DNA of 42,697 nt from a virus, in the IMG/VR virus record IMGVR_UViG_2639762614_000001, positions 1 through 42,697 of that record; one strand, 5' to 3'. Below the pieces are notes generated by a model, which ran no database searches, was not told the origin of the DNA, and saw only the letters and a program-made list of their open reading frames with translations. This document shows positions 1 through 7,863 of the stretch, in pieces. Each line of letters begins with the position of its first letter. The first letter of the stretch is position 1. A program made the position numbers and the translations under genes.

Positions 1-249
1 TCCTCCCGGACATCCGCCACCGGCGTCTCGAGGATCTCGCCACAAGCGCTGACGTGCTCGCTTCCTTCGAAGTGCATCGAGGCGTGCCAGGTCTCGTCGA
101 GATCTTGGACCCAGCAGTGGACGCCGTCGTCGGTGCCGAAGTGATCCGAGGGAACGCCGTGGCGGTCCTCGAGCGAACAGTCCTTACAGACGCGACGGCC
201 GGGGGCGGTCGGCAGCCCACACTGCGTGCACTCTCTACTCATCGCCATC
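1..249. repeat. Left copy of the exact 249-bp terminal overlap (circular closure or terminal redundancy)
   Basis: Identical base for base to 42449-42697. Contains a 5'-truncated duplicate of the N-terminal coding part of CDS 41833..42696(-). Confidence 0.95.
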
Positions 250-381
250 ACCCGTCTCGGGGCGTGCGATCAGGATCTCGTCGTCGCCGTTATCGACGAG
301 GATAGCGTCGCCGCCGATGTCGCCCATCGAGTTGGCGACGCCGCGATCGAGGGATCCAACGACTTCGTAACGGGCGGTCAT
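235..381 (-). CDS. Small acidic hypothetical protein (48 aa from ATG 381)
   Basis: Same frame as track ORF 235..429. ATG 381 forms an ATGA overlap with the stop of the upstream gene (378-380). Its 3' end overlaps the start of the next gene (42696 = 248 on the circle). Confidence 0.5.
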   Translation of the reverse strand: MTARYEVVGSLDRGVANSMGDIGGDAILVDNGDDEILIARPETGDGDE

Positions 382-1635
382 GCTTCCACCCCGCTGTCCT
401 CGCCGGCTTTGTCGGCACAAACGATGCACAACTCTCGGTCACCGATTTTCTCGAGATCGCGCTCTGGTTCGCGCCCACACTCGTCACACTCGGCCGCCTC
501 TTTACCCACGTCACCAAGAAGCGCTTGCATGTCATCTTCGATGACTTCGGCGAACGGCAGCAGTTCGTCGACGATGAACCGGACGCCTCGAGACGGAATG
601 TCAGTGTTATGGAGCGCAACGTAGCCACCCTCGTAAACGACGCCGTTGATAATCGTCCCGTTCCAGCCGCGTGTGAATCCGAGTCCGATCGTCGCGGCAT
701 CGGTGGTGCTGGCTGCCTCGTGATACTCGATTGTCGCACCATCACCGGCGTCGGCCCCGCGCATCCAGACGTCGGTTAGATCGCCACTGTTCGTCCACTC
801 CATCTGGAGCTGTTCGATGTCGACCCAAAGCCGATTGATTTGATGTCCGGTGGCTGCGGAAAACAGATCCAGGGGGAAGTCGAGTGGCCCATCACCGGCG
901 ATGGACTCGATGATCAGCAGGCCCGAGCCGGTCACGTCGGCGACCCAGTCGGTTGGTGCTGGCTGCCTCGTGATACTCGATTGTCGCACCATCACCGGCG
1001 TCGGCCCCGCGCATCCAGACGTCGGTTAGATCGCCACTGTTCGTCCACTCCATCTGGAGCTGTTCGATGTCGACCCAAAGCCGATTGATTTGATGTCCGG
1101 TGGCTGCGGAAAACAGATCCAGGGGGAAGTCGAGTGGCCCATCACCGGCGATGGACTCGATGATCAGCAGGCCCGAGCCGGTCACGTCGGCGACCCAGTC
1201 GGGGACGCGCTCTTCGACAGTAGTGATCCCGGCCGGCTCGCCGTCTTCGACCATGACCTCGGGCCGTTGTTCGGCGGTTTCGGACCGATCGGCGGCCATG
1301 CCGCGCTGGACAGGACGATCGTCGAAACTGGTCTGCGTGTCGTCGACACTGATCCCCGGCAGGTCGAGGCCTTGGTACGTCGACTCGAGCGGTTCGTCGG
1401 CGGGCTCCTCAAGTACAACAAGTGTACCTGCGATCATTGTGGAAAGCATCGTCAGCTCGTGTTTGGTGAACTGACCGGCGCGATCCTTGTTCTCCTGGTC
1501 CCAACTGGGGTCGCTGATACCTGCGATGTTGTCGATATCAGATCGGATGTCGGCCGCGTCGTTCACTTCGCAGATCGCCGCTGCCTTCGCCTCGAAAGGC
1601 CAGTCGTCGGCCTTGTCGGGAATGGCGACCGTCAT
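378..1635 (-). pseudogene. Hypothetical protein with C-terminal zinc ribbon, frameshifted by a 250-nt tandem duplication (335 aa if one copy is removed)
   Basis: Track ORFs 892..1635(-) and 378..995(-) share the peptide DWVADVTGSGLLIIES...IEYHEAAST, read in the same relative frame. 1258 - 250 = 1008 nt restores a single ORF. C-terminal motif is CDECG...CIVC. Confidence 0.7.
704..1202. repeat. Perfect head-to-tail duplication: 704-952 = 954-1202 (249 nt) with 1-nt spacer t953
   Basis: Direct comparison of the sequence lines shows period 250 with no mismatch inside the copies. Confidence 0.95.
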
Positions 1636-1949
1636 GCGCGATCACCCCCGTCGAACCCGACCCCGACGACGTAGTTGCTCTCGATCCACTCGTCGTCGGT
1701 CTCGCCCTCGATATGGTAGCACTGTGCGCCGGCCAACGGGCCGCCTTCGAGGGGCTCGAGCGTGTCGGCCGCGGCTTCAGCGTCGTCGAAGCGCTGGGCG
1801 ATCTCGAGGCGTTGGACCAGTTTGGCCGCCTCGTCGATCTCACCGTCGTCCGCGAGGCGCTCGAGGGAGCTGCGGACGACTCCGGGAAGGGTGGTGTTGG
1901 TACTATTCGATCCGTTATCGTCTTCTGTATGGTTGTCGTCTGCGTACAT
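1632..1949 (-). CDS. Acidic hypothetical protein (105 aa from ATG 1949)
   Basis: The track ORF 1632..2096 has an Arg/Pro-rich N-terminal extension that is unlikely to be coding. ATGA overlap with the downstream gene at 1632-1635. Confidence 0.6.
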   Translation of the reverse strand: MYADDNHTEDDNGSNSTNTTLPGVVRSSLERLADDGEIDEAAKLVQRLEIAQRFDDAEAAADTLEPLEGGPLAGAQCYHIEGETDDEWIESNYVVGVGFDGGDRA

Positions 1950-2232
1950 GGTTACGGATGTGCCGGGGCGGGAATCTGCCCCGGATGGTTGTCGTCTGTA
2001 ACCCGCGGACAGCCGGGGCGCGATCAGTTGGTACCTGGGACCGCGCCTCGGCGGTGGCCGCGAGTGGCTGATTCTGCTGTTGGACCCGATACGCACTAAA
2101 AGTATCCTGCCTCATTTCCAAATAGCAGCGCGCGGGTAATCGCTTACTACCGGCCGCGCTGGCCGCTGTAGCCGCCGCGTAACTATATTCGGATTTGGCG
2201 TCTGTGATCATGCGTACCGTGCCTTTGGCCGA

Positions 2233-2255
2233 GTCGGGTGCTGGTGACACCCGGC
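2233..2255. promoter_or_regulatory. Conserved hairpin / inverted repeat GTCGGGTG-N7-CACCCGGC (copy 1 of 2)
   Basis: The same 8+8 nt arms with a different 7-nt loop recur at 6705-6727. Both copies sit at the head of minus-strand gene sets. Confidence 0.4.
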
Positions 2256-2277
2256 TCATTTCAGTTTAGTTGGCGAG

Positions 2278-2505
2278 CTATGCGTCCGCCTGCTGGTTCT
2301 CGTCAGAATCGAACTGCTCAGCCATCCGCTTGAGCAGTTCTGTATACGACTCTTGACCTCGCTTCATGGACCGGAGCCGATCTCGAAACTCCTTCGTGAC
2401 CGTAATCGTGGTCCACTTAGAGCCGTCCGGCGATTCAGTCTCTGTCGTCACGAGTGATTCTATAACGCTACACCTACATAACTCTAATGCAAAGGCACTA
2501 GGCAC
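2278..2505 (-). CDS. Ribbon-helix-helix (CopG/Arc-like) DNA-binding protein; start uncertain (GTG 2505 or GTG 2451)
   Basis: KWTTITVTKEFRDRLRSMKRGQESYTELLKRMAEQ fits a beta-strand-helix-helix RHH pattern. Divergent from a second RHH gene across an AT-rich spacer. Confidence 0.6.
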   Translation of the reverse strand: MPSAFALELCRCSVIESLVTTETESPDGSKWTTITVTKEFRDRLRSMKRGQESYTELLKRMAEQFDSDENQQADA

Positions 2506-2552
2506 CTCTATATCAATAACACTAATGTATCATGCATTCGTACACCTCCGGT
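2466..2552. promoter_or_regulatory. AT-rich divergent promoter region between two RHH genes
   Basis: TATA-like tatatcaa at 2510-2517, and ttatgtag / ttataga on the minus strand. It is the only AT-rich stretch in this neighbourhood. Confidence 0.45.
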
Positions 2553-2747
2553 ATGAGCAGCGATAAGAAGCAAGCCGCGGCACGGGTCGAGGAGGAGAAA
2601 TACAACAAACTCCGTGCACATGCGGCTGGTCAGGGGATGTCTTTGGCTGACTGGATCCGGGAAGCGATGGAGGAAAAGGCAGAGCGAGAAGGAGTCGATC
2701 TCGAGGGAAATCCGAAGGCAGTGGCGAAAGCAGCGACAGCTGACTAA
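2532..2747 (+). CDS. Ribbon-helix-helix (CopG-like) DNA-binding protein; possible alternative start ATG 2553
   Basis: AARVEEEKYNKLRAHAAGQGMSLADWIREAMEEK fits the RHH pattern. Convergent with, and directly abutting, the stop of the Orc1/Cdc6 gene. Confidence 0.6.
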   Translation: MHSYTSGMSSDKKQAAARVEEEKYNKLRAHAAGQGMSLADWIREAMEEKAEREGVDLEGNPKAVAKAATAD

Positions 2748-3824
2748 CTACGCCGCCAGGAACACGAAGTCGAGATCTACCTCTGCCTCGAGGTCGGGAT
2801 CAATCACGACGCACCGCCGACTCTGGGTTGCTCCTCGCCGCTCGATCAGGTCGTATTTCTCGAGTTTCTCTAGATAGTTGCGTACCTGCCGCCAGTTGAC
2901 GGGATCGCGGTGGCGGCCGGCGTAGATCGTCTCGCGGTGGGCCCGGTACACTTGTTTCAACTCGGAGTTGTAGACCGTCGGCCCGAGCCGGCGGACCAGC
3001 TCGTAGATCGCGCGATGGGAATAGGAGAGGCTATCTAGATTCGACGCCCGCATCTTCGCTTTCGCGCGATCGAAGCAGGCGTCGATATCGTCGTCTTGAA
3101 CCATGTCGTGGCCGCGCTCTTCGGCGATCTCCGCGGCGGCCCAGACGGCCTTGATCCCGTAGCGGGCAACCCCGTCGGTTTCCTTCGCGATCCGTTCGAG
3201 CTGATCGTGGGAGAACGCGTCGTAGTTCAAGCCCAGTCGGATCCGCGGCTCGAGGATCTCGACGAGCTCAAGCGGACCGTAGGGCTGGAACTCGATCGCG
3301 GCCTCGATATCGAAATTCCCAGTGACCGAGTCGTTCAGGTGGCCAAGCCACTCCGTCTTGTCGTGGGCGATGACGATGACGGACACTCCACTGATCTCGT
3401 CCAGGTCGGCGAGGATCTCCTGGTCGGCGATCGAGTCCGCTTCGTCGAGGACGAGGACGTACGGCCGATCTCCGACGGCCCGCTCAAGTGCACTCTTGAG
3501 GCGGTTGGGCTTCCAGTTGAGTTGGACGTGGATATCTCGAGGGTGTTCGACCGCGGCCTCCTTGAGGAGCATGTTCCGGGTCTTGTCCCCGCAGCGGACT
3601 TGCGCCCAGGCGACGTCGGCATGATCTGGCAGTTTCCGCGCGAGAAAGTGGCGGGTCGTCGCGGTTTTCCCGACCCCGCTCGAGCCGTAGATCAGGACAT
3701 CCTTCGCCTCCTGCCCGACGGTCGCCGGACCGAGCCGCCGGGATAGCTGCTCGAGTTCCGTGTTCCGATTCGGGAGCTCGGCAGGGGGCCACGAATCCTT
3801 GAACACTTCCGTTCTCGAAATCAT
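2748..3824 (-). CDS. cdc6: Orc1/Cdc6-family AAA+ replication initiator
   Basis: Walker A GSSGVGKTAT, Walker B YVLVLDEADS, C-terminal winged helix (VRNYLEKLEKYDLIERRG). ATG 3824 lies ~25 nt downstream of a TATA-like ttttaca on the minus strand. The track ORF extends to GTG 3845. Confidence 0.9.
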   Translation of the reverse strand: MISRTEVFKDSWPPAELPNRNTELEQLSRRLGPATVGQEAKDVLIYGSSGVGKTATTRHFLARKLPDHADVAWAQVRCGDKTRNMLLKEAAVEHPRDIHVQLNWKPNRLKSALERAVGDRPYVLVLDEADSIADQEILADLDEISGVSVIVIAHDKTEWLGHLNDSVTGNFDIEAAIEFQPYGPLELVEILEPRIRLGLNYDAFSHDQLERIAKETDGVARYGIKAVWAAAEIAEERGHDMVQDDDIDACFDRAKAKMRASNLDSLSYSHRAIYELVRRLGPTVYNSELKQVYRAHRETIYAGRHRDPVNWRQVRNYLEKLEKYDLIERRGATQSRRCVVIDPDLEAEVDLDFVFLAA

Positions 3825-3979
3825 AACAGTGTAATTCGAGGACACATGTAAAAGGGCTATTGGGCATCATTTCCAAAAGGTCGACTCGCCGATCGTGACG
3901 TAACCGCCGGGATTCCTTCAGACTGTCGGCAAAGGCTACAGTGCAGTACTATTTTAAATCTCAGTTACACATACGGCGT

Positions 3980-5083
3980 ATGGCAGTCACAGACCACGTT
4001 CCGCTGATGAAGCCTGGTGCAACGATACGAAACGTCTTGGTGGGCGTTCTCTATTTCGTCTTACTCCCGTTCGTGATAATCGCACTCCCATTCTATTTGG
4101 CGTACGCAATCGGGACTAACCGAAACGGATTCGGTGACGCAGTCGCGAACTCACCGCTCGGGTCGATCCCCGGTGTCGGCGGCGGTGGCTGGAGCGCGGC
4201 GATCGTCGTCTTCGTGATCATCATCGTTGCACTCGGCGCGGTCGGTGCTGTCCTCCCGGAGACTGAGAACCCTGATACCGGTGATGCCGAACCGCAAGCT
4301 AACGGGAACGGTGAGGATCCAGCCGCCGATGATAGTGGGGGCAATGGGAATGGCGACACTGACGATACCGATGGATCTGGCGGCGAACCAAGCGACGACT
4401 CCAACGAAGGCGATCCCGGCGATGGTGGGGGATCCACTGATGGGGCAGCTGACGACGGAAGCAACACCGACGATAGCGGTGGGCAAGACGAGCCGGCAGA
4501 CAATCCCGATGACGATGGCGGTACTACCGAATCCGAGCCGGCCGACCAGCCCGAGACGATGACCTTCAGCGGGAGCGGTGCGACCGTCGAGGAAGGTGTC
4601 TCGATCGAGGGCGGGCTCACCGTCGTCGAGGCAAGTCACGAGGGCGAACGGAACTTCCAGGTCAGTCTTGTCGATGACAGCGAATACGATGATCTGTTTG
4701 TCAACCAGATCGGCGACTATGACGGCGAAACAGCCGCTCTGGTCGAATCTGGCGAGTACATGCTCGACGTCGAAGCTGATGGCGACTGGGAGATCGAAGT
4801 CCGTCAGCCACGTGCAAACTCTGGTGACGAACTCCCGCAGTCGCTCTCGGGTGAGGGCCCAACCGTCGTCGGTCCGGTCGAGTTTGACGGAACACACGTC
4901 GCAGAAGGCAGCCACGACGGCGAGCGAAACTTCCAGGTCCACGTCTACCCTGCCGAAGGCCGATTCGGTGAGCTGGTGTTCAACGAGATCGGGACGTACG
5001 AGGGTGAGACGACGTTCAGCCACAACGGCGTTGGCTGGGTCGTGATCCAGGCCGACGGCGAGTGGACGGTCGAACTCGAGTAA
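3980..5083 (+). CDS. Multi-TM membrane protein with an acidic Gly/Asp/Asn-rich linker and two tandem ~90-aa beta-rich domains
   Basis: N-terminal hydrophobic segments (VLVGVLYFVLLPFVIIALPFYLAYAIG; AAIVVFVIIIVALGAVGAV). Internal repeat H(E/D)GERNFQV...GDWEIEV / GEWTVEL. TATA tattttaaat at 3951-3960, ~25 nt before ATG 3980. Confidence 0.75.
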   Translation: MAVTDHVPLMKPGATIRNVLVGVLYFVLLPFVIIALPFYLAYAIGTNRNGFGDAVANSPLGSIPGVGGGGWSAAIVVFVIIIVALGAVGAVLPETENPDTGDAEPQANGNGEDPAADDSGGNGNGDTDDTDGSGGEPSDDSNEGDPGDGGGSTDGAADDGSNTDDSGGQDEPADNPDDDGGTTESEPADQPETMTFSGSGATVEEGVSIEGGLTVVEASHEGERNFQVSLVDDSEYDDLFVNQIGDYDGETAALVESGEYMLDVEADGDWEIEVRQPRANSGDELPQSLSGEGPTVVGPVEFDGTHVAEGSHDGERNFQVHVYPAEGRFGELVFNEIGTYEGETTFSHNGVGWVVIQADGEWTVELE

Positions 5084-5103
5084 CTCCAGAAAAGAAGCTG
5101 ATT

Positions 5104-5307
5104 TTATTCGCCGATCGCGACGCCGTCGGCAGTCTCGAGGCCGACGTGGGCGACGATCGCCCGACCGACACACCGCCACTCGCCGTTGCGGCGTTCGTAC
5201 TCTTCTCGGTCGTAGCCACCGACCGAGCGGGGCTCAAACACGATCTTCCGAGCCGGACCGCAAGGCGGTGTCCACCGGACGGCGAAACTATCTCGCCGGT
5301 CAGTCAT
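5104..5307 (-). CDS. Hypothetical small protein (67 aa)
   Basis: Last gene of the coupled minus-strand operon 6684->5104. Its ATG lies inside the stop region of the upstream mini-ORF (ATGACTGA). Confidence 0.55.
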   Translation of the reverse strand: MTDRRDSFAVRWTPPCGPARKIVFEPRSVGGYDREEYERRNGEWRCVGRAIVAHVGLETADGVAIGE

Positions 5308-5419
5308 CGCCGTCCTCCAAGTGGTCGGCGATCGCCCGGCAGCGCTCGGCGACTTTCTCCTCGGTCAGCGGCCGCTCGAACGTGAGCGTCATCTTGGCTT
5401 CGTCGCCAGCAGCCGCCAT
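5300..5419 (-). CDS. Hypothetical 39-aa acidic miniprotein (not in the ORF track)
   Basis: Hand translation: MAAAGDEAKMTLTFERPLTEEKVAERCRAIADHLEDGDD. TGATG overlap with the upstream gene and an 8-nt overlap with the downstream gene. Confidence 0.45.
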   Translation of the reverse strand: MAAAGDEAKMTLTFERPLTEEKVAERCRAIADHLEDGDD

Positions 5420-5853
5420 CACGCGGTCACCTCCTCCCAGACGCCGGCACGCTCGGCGGCCTTCTGGTGGCACTGCAGCCAGTCTCGCGCTTCGTGGACA
5501 GCCGGCTCGACGTTCTCGTCGTCCGTGTGGTCGATCCAGACCCCCTCACGGTTCGCGACGGTCGCGCACACCTCTGCGACCAGAACATCGAGGTGGTCCT
5601 CGAACGTAGACTCGAGACTCTGGACTGCATCATCGGTCGTGGTGTGGAGGTCGTCCTGCCAGCCGTACCGCTCGTCGGTTCCCTCGGCAGCGTGCTGTGC
5701 GTTCGCGATCGCCTCCGCGTAGTAGTGAACGAGCTCGTCACCGTCGTCGACGGAGTGCATCCAGTTCTCGAGGACGCGACTCTCGAACTCGTCGACGCGA
5801 TCACTGACGGCGTCGCTGACGACCTGGTTCGCGCGGTGGCTCCGTCGCACCAT
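5419..5853 (-). CDS. Acidic hypothetical protein (144 aa from ATG 5853)
   Basis: The track ORF 5419..5913 has an Arg-rich N-extension. ATG 5853 overlaps the stop of the upstream gene (TGATG). Confidence 0.65.
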   Translation of the reverse strand: MVRRSHRANQVVSDAVSDRVDEFESRVLENWMHSVDDGDELVHYYAEAIANAQHAAEGTDERYGWQDDLHTTTDDAVQSLESTFEDHLDVLVAEVCATVANREGVWIDHTDDENVEPAVHEARDWLQCHQKAAERAGVWEEVTA

Positions 5854-6302
5854 CAGGCATCCCCCTCCTCGCCGGCGTCGGCGGGCTGGATCTCCCGCAG
5901 CTGCTCGCTCCACTCGTCAGCGTGCTCGAGGACCTGATCCATCTCCGCGGCCGCGTGGGTGGCGTTGCGCCCCTTCGCTTTGATCTTGATCTCGTCCTGG
6001 TCGCGCGTCCCGCTTCCGCGCTTGAGCTTCGCAGTGATCGAGACGCCCGAGTGAATCTGCTCGCGCGTGTCGATATCGCTCTCGCCGCCACCGTCGGCCC
6101 GAATCTCTCGCCCGGAGATCGCGTCGGCTTCGCGGGCGAGGTCGATATCCTCCTGGGCCTGGCGTTCGCGAGCCTCGGCGGCTCGAGCTTGCTGTTCGCG
6201 TCGGTCGACGATATCGGCACACCGGTTACAGAGGCCGCGGGCGTCGAGCGGTCGGGGTACATCGCACCGCTTACAGCCGACCGGGTCGTGTCCGGTAATC
6301 AT
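5853..6302 (-). CDS. Zinc-ribbon protein with a coiled-coil/charged C-terminal region (149 aa from ATG 6302)
   Basis: CKRC...CNRC at the N-terminus. The rest of track ORF 5853..6680 overlaps the better upstream gene in another frame. Confidence 0.65.
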   Translation of the reverse strand: MITGHDPVGCKRCDVPRPLDARGLCNRCADIVDRREQQARAAEARERQAQEDIDLAREADAISGREIRADGGGESDIDTREQIHSGVSITAKLKRGSGTRDQDEIKIKAKGRNATHAAAEMDQVLEHADEWSEQLREIQPADAGEEGDA

Positions 6303-6303
6303 C

Positions 6304-6684
6304 TTAGAGCCCCTCCTTGAGGATGTCCTGTGCCTGGTCGGCCGCCGAAACGGGGCGTTCGGCCCACCCGCCACACTCCTGGTCGATAAACGCGATCCAG
6401 CGCCGGAGATCGTCGCCACCGGCACCGTTCGACGCGAGCACGATACTCTCCGCGTGCAGGATCGGTCCCTCCAGTGAGAACACCGGCACGCCACCGGAGT
6501 CGTCGCGATCCGCGCGGGCGTTCGTGACGACGATGCGCTCGAGCTTGCGGTCGACATGATGGTGGCGGCCGTCGCTGTCCTGGCCGATGTACGCGTAGTT
6601 CCACGAGCGGCGCTCGAAGAGGTCGTTGGTCTGAGTCTGTGCGTCAGTCGAAACCGTTTCGTCGGTCGGCGTTTGAACACTCAT
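6304..6684 (-). CDS. Hypothetical protein (126 aa from ATG 6684), first gene of the leftward operon
   Basis: Track ORF 6304..6702 (GTG start). ATG 6684 is preferred. Acidic composition. Confidence 0.6.
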   Translation of the reverse strand: MSVQTPTDETVSTDAQTQTNDLFERRSWNYAYIGQDSDGRHHHVDRKLERIVVTNARADRDDSGGVPVFSLEGPILHAESIVLASNGAGGDDLRRWIAFIDQECGGWAERPVSAADQAQDILKEGL

Positions 6685-6861
6685 TGTCCTGGGATAGGAC
6701 ACAGGTCGGGTGTTGCAAGCACCCGGCCGAGAATCGTTTTCCCGACCACCCTGCGTCTCTACCCTACAGTAATGGCCCTATCCACTTATAGTTTACTGTC
6801 GTCAATTACATAGTCCATTACAGTAGCAAACTATTTACAGGAGTAAAGACAACAGTCAACT
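6685..6861. promoter_or_regulatory. Divergent promoter/operator region between the leftward operon and the wHTH regulator gene
   Basis: AT-rich. ACAGTA(A/G) occurs at 6766-6772(+), 6793-6799(-) and 6820-6826(+). 7-bp inverted repeat gtaatgg 6769-6775 / ccattac 6815-6821. Hairpin GTCGGGTG-N7-CACCCGGC at 6705-6727. Confidence 0.5.
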
Positions 6862-7344
6862 ATGGCGGCAGAAAACCACGGCCCAATGGGCCTTGATCGA
6901 AAAGAGATCGACGACAAGATCCTCGACGAACTGCACGACGGCCGGAACGTCCCGTCGAACCTCGCTGACGAACTCGATGTCTCTCGACAGTATATCAGCC
7001 AACGACTGAAGTTGCTCGAGGCAGCCGATCACGTCGAGAACGTCGGCCGTGGCGTCTACGAACTCGTGGACGATCCACGCCAATCTCAGGGGTACAACAA
7101 GATCGGCGAGGAGCTTGATTGGGAAAAGCTCGGCCCCGTTACTGTCTACGATGTGGACCGTCTCGAATATGTCCTCGAAGCGCTCCAGGAGAGCGAGGAG
7201 TTAGCTGAGGGTCTGACATGGGAGACCGAAGTAGTCGATACGCCAAAATACACCCTCACTATTGAGGAGGTCCTTGGCGGCTTAGGCGAATCAAAGCACC
7301 TCCTCGAGTACGCTAAAGGGCTGAAGGAGGATCTAAATGAGTAG
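6862..7344 (+). CDS. Winged helix-turn-helix transcriptional regulator (candidate repressor)
   Basis: ILDELHDGRNVPSNLADELDVSRQYISQRLKLLEAADHVENVGRGVYEL is a typical archaeal MarR/TrmB-like wHTH. Sits at a divergent promoter. Confidence 0.75.
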   Translation: MAAENHGPMGLDRKEIDDKILDELHDGRNVPSNLADELDVSRQYISQRLKLLEAADHVENVGRGVYELVDDPRQSQGYNKIGEELDWEKLGPVTVYDVDRLEYVLEALQESEELAEGLTWETEVVDTPKYTLTIEEVLGGLGESKHLLEYAKGLKEDLNE

Positions 7345-7401
7345 CGCCCAGCAGACCGACGGCGGCCGTGAGATCGACTGGCCTCGAGGGGTGAGCCAGT
7401 A

Positions 7402-7863
7402 ATGCCGCCAGAACCCCAGAACCATGCCACGCACTACTTCAAGCGGGGCTATGAGTTTTGGCGAGACACTCAGAATGATACAGAGGTCTCCGTTCACCAA
7501 CTGCTCGCGATCGCCGACGGGTTCGATCCGCATGAGGTGTTCGACCCCAACACCAACGTCCACCACACCACTGGATGTGGATTGGATAACCGCCCTGGCG
7601 TCCTCGATGTTCTATCTATCAGCGAGCACGTGAAGGAACATGACCAGCACAAGGACGCCCCTTGGCGAGATGGTCAGACGCTTCGGCGACTTCACTGGGG
7701 GGAGGGCCTTTCGACGCGCGAAATGGCCGATCGCCTTGGTTGTGGCCGTACTGCTATCCGGAGGTGGATGGACAGGAATGAAATCCCACGCCGGTCAAAG
7801 TCCGAAGCGGCGAAGAAGGCCGGAGTGGGTGGCTACGGAGGTGGTCTGACCAATGAGTCTTGA
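7402..7863 (+). CDS. HNH endonuclease with C-terminal HTH domain
   Basis: NVHHTTGCGLDNRPGVLDVLSISEHVKEH (H-N-H spacing), followed by STREMADRLGCGRTAIRRWM. Confidence 0.7.
   Translation: MPPEPQNHATHYFKRGYEFWRDTQNDTEVSVHQLLAIADGFDPHEVFDPNTNVHHTTGCGLDNRPGVLDVLSISEHVKEHDQHKDAPWRDGQTLRRLHWGEGLSTREMADRLGCGRTAIRRWMDRNEIPRRSKSEAAKKAGVGGYGGGLTNES

Noticed and set aside
1915-2259. 114-aa minus-strand ORF in the 1950-2277 leader
   Set aside because: It is strongly basic and Arg-rich, overlaps the start of the next gene, and contains the conserved hairpin. Non-coding is more likely.
7337-7402. 21-codon micro-ORF bridging the wHTH and HNH genes (ATGAGTAG ... TAATG overlaps)
   Set aside because: It is too short to support from sequence alone. 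It may only reflect spacing for translational coupling.
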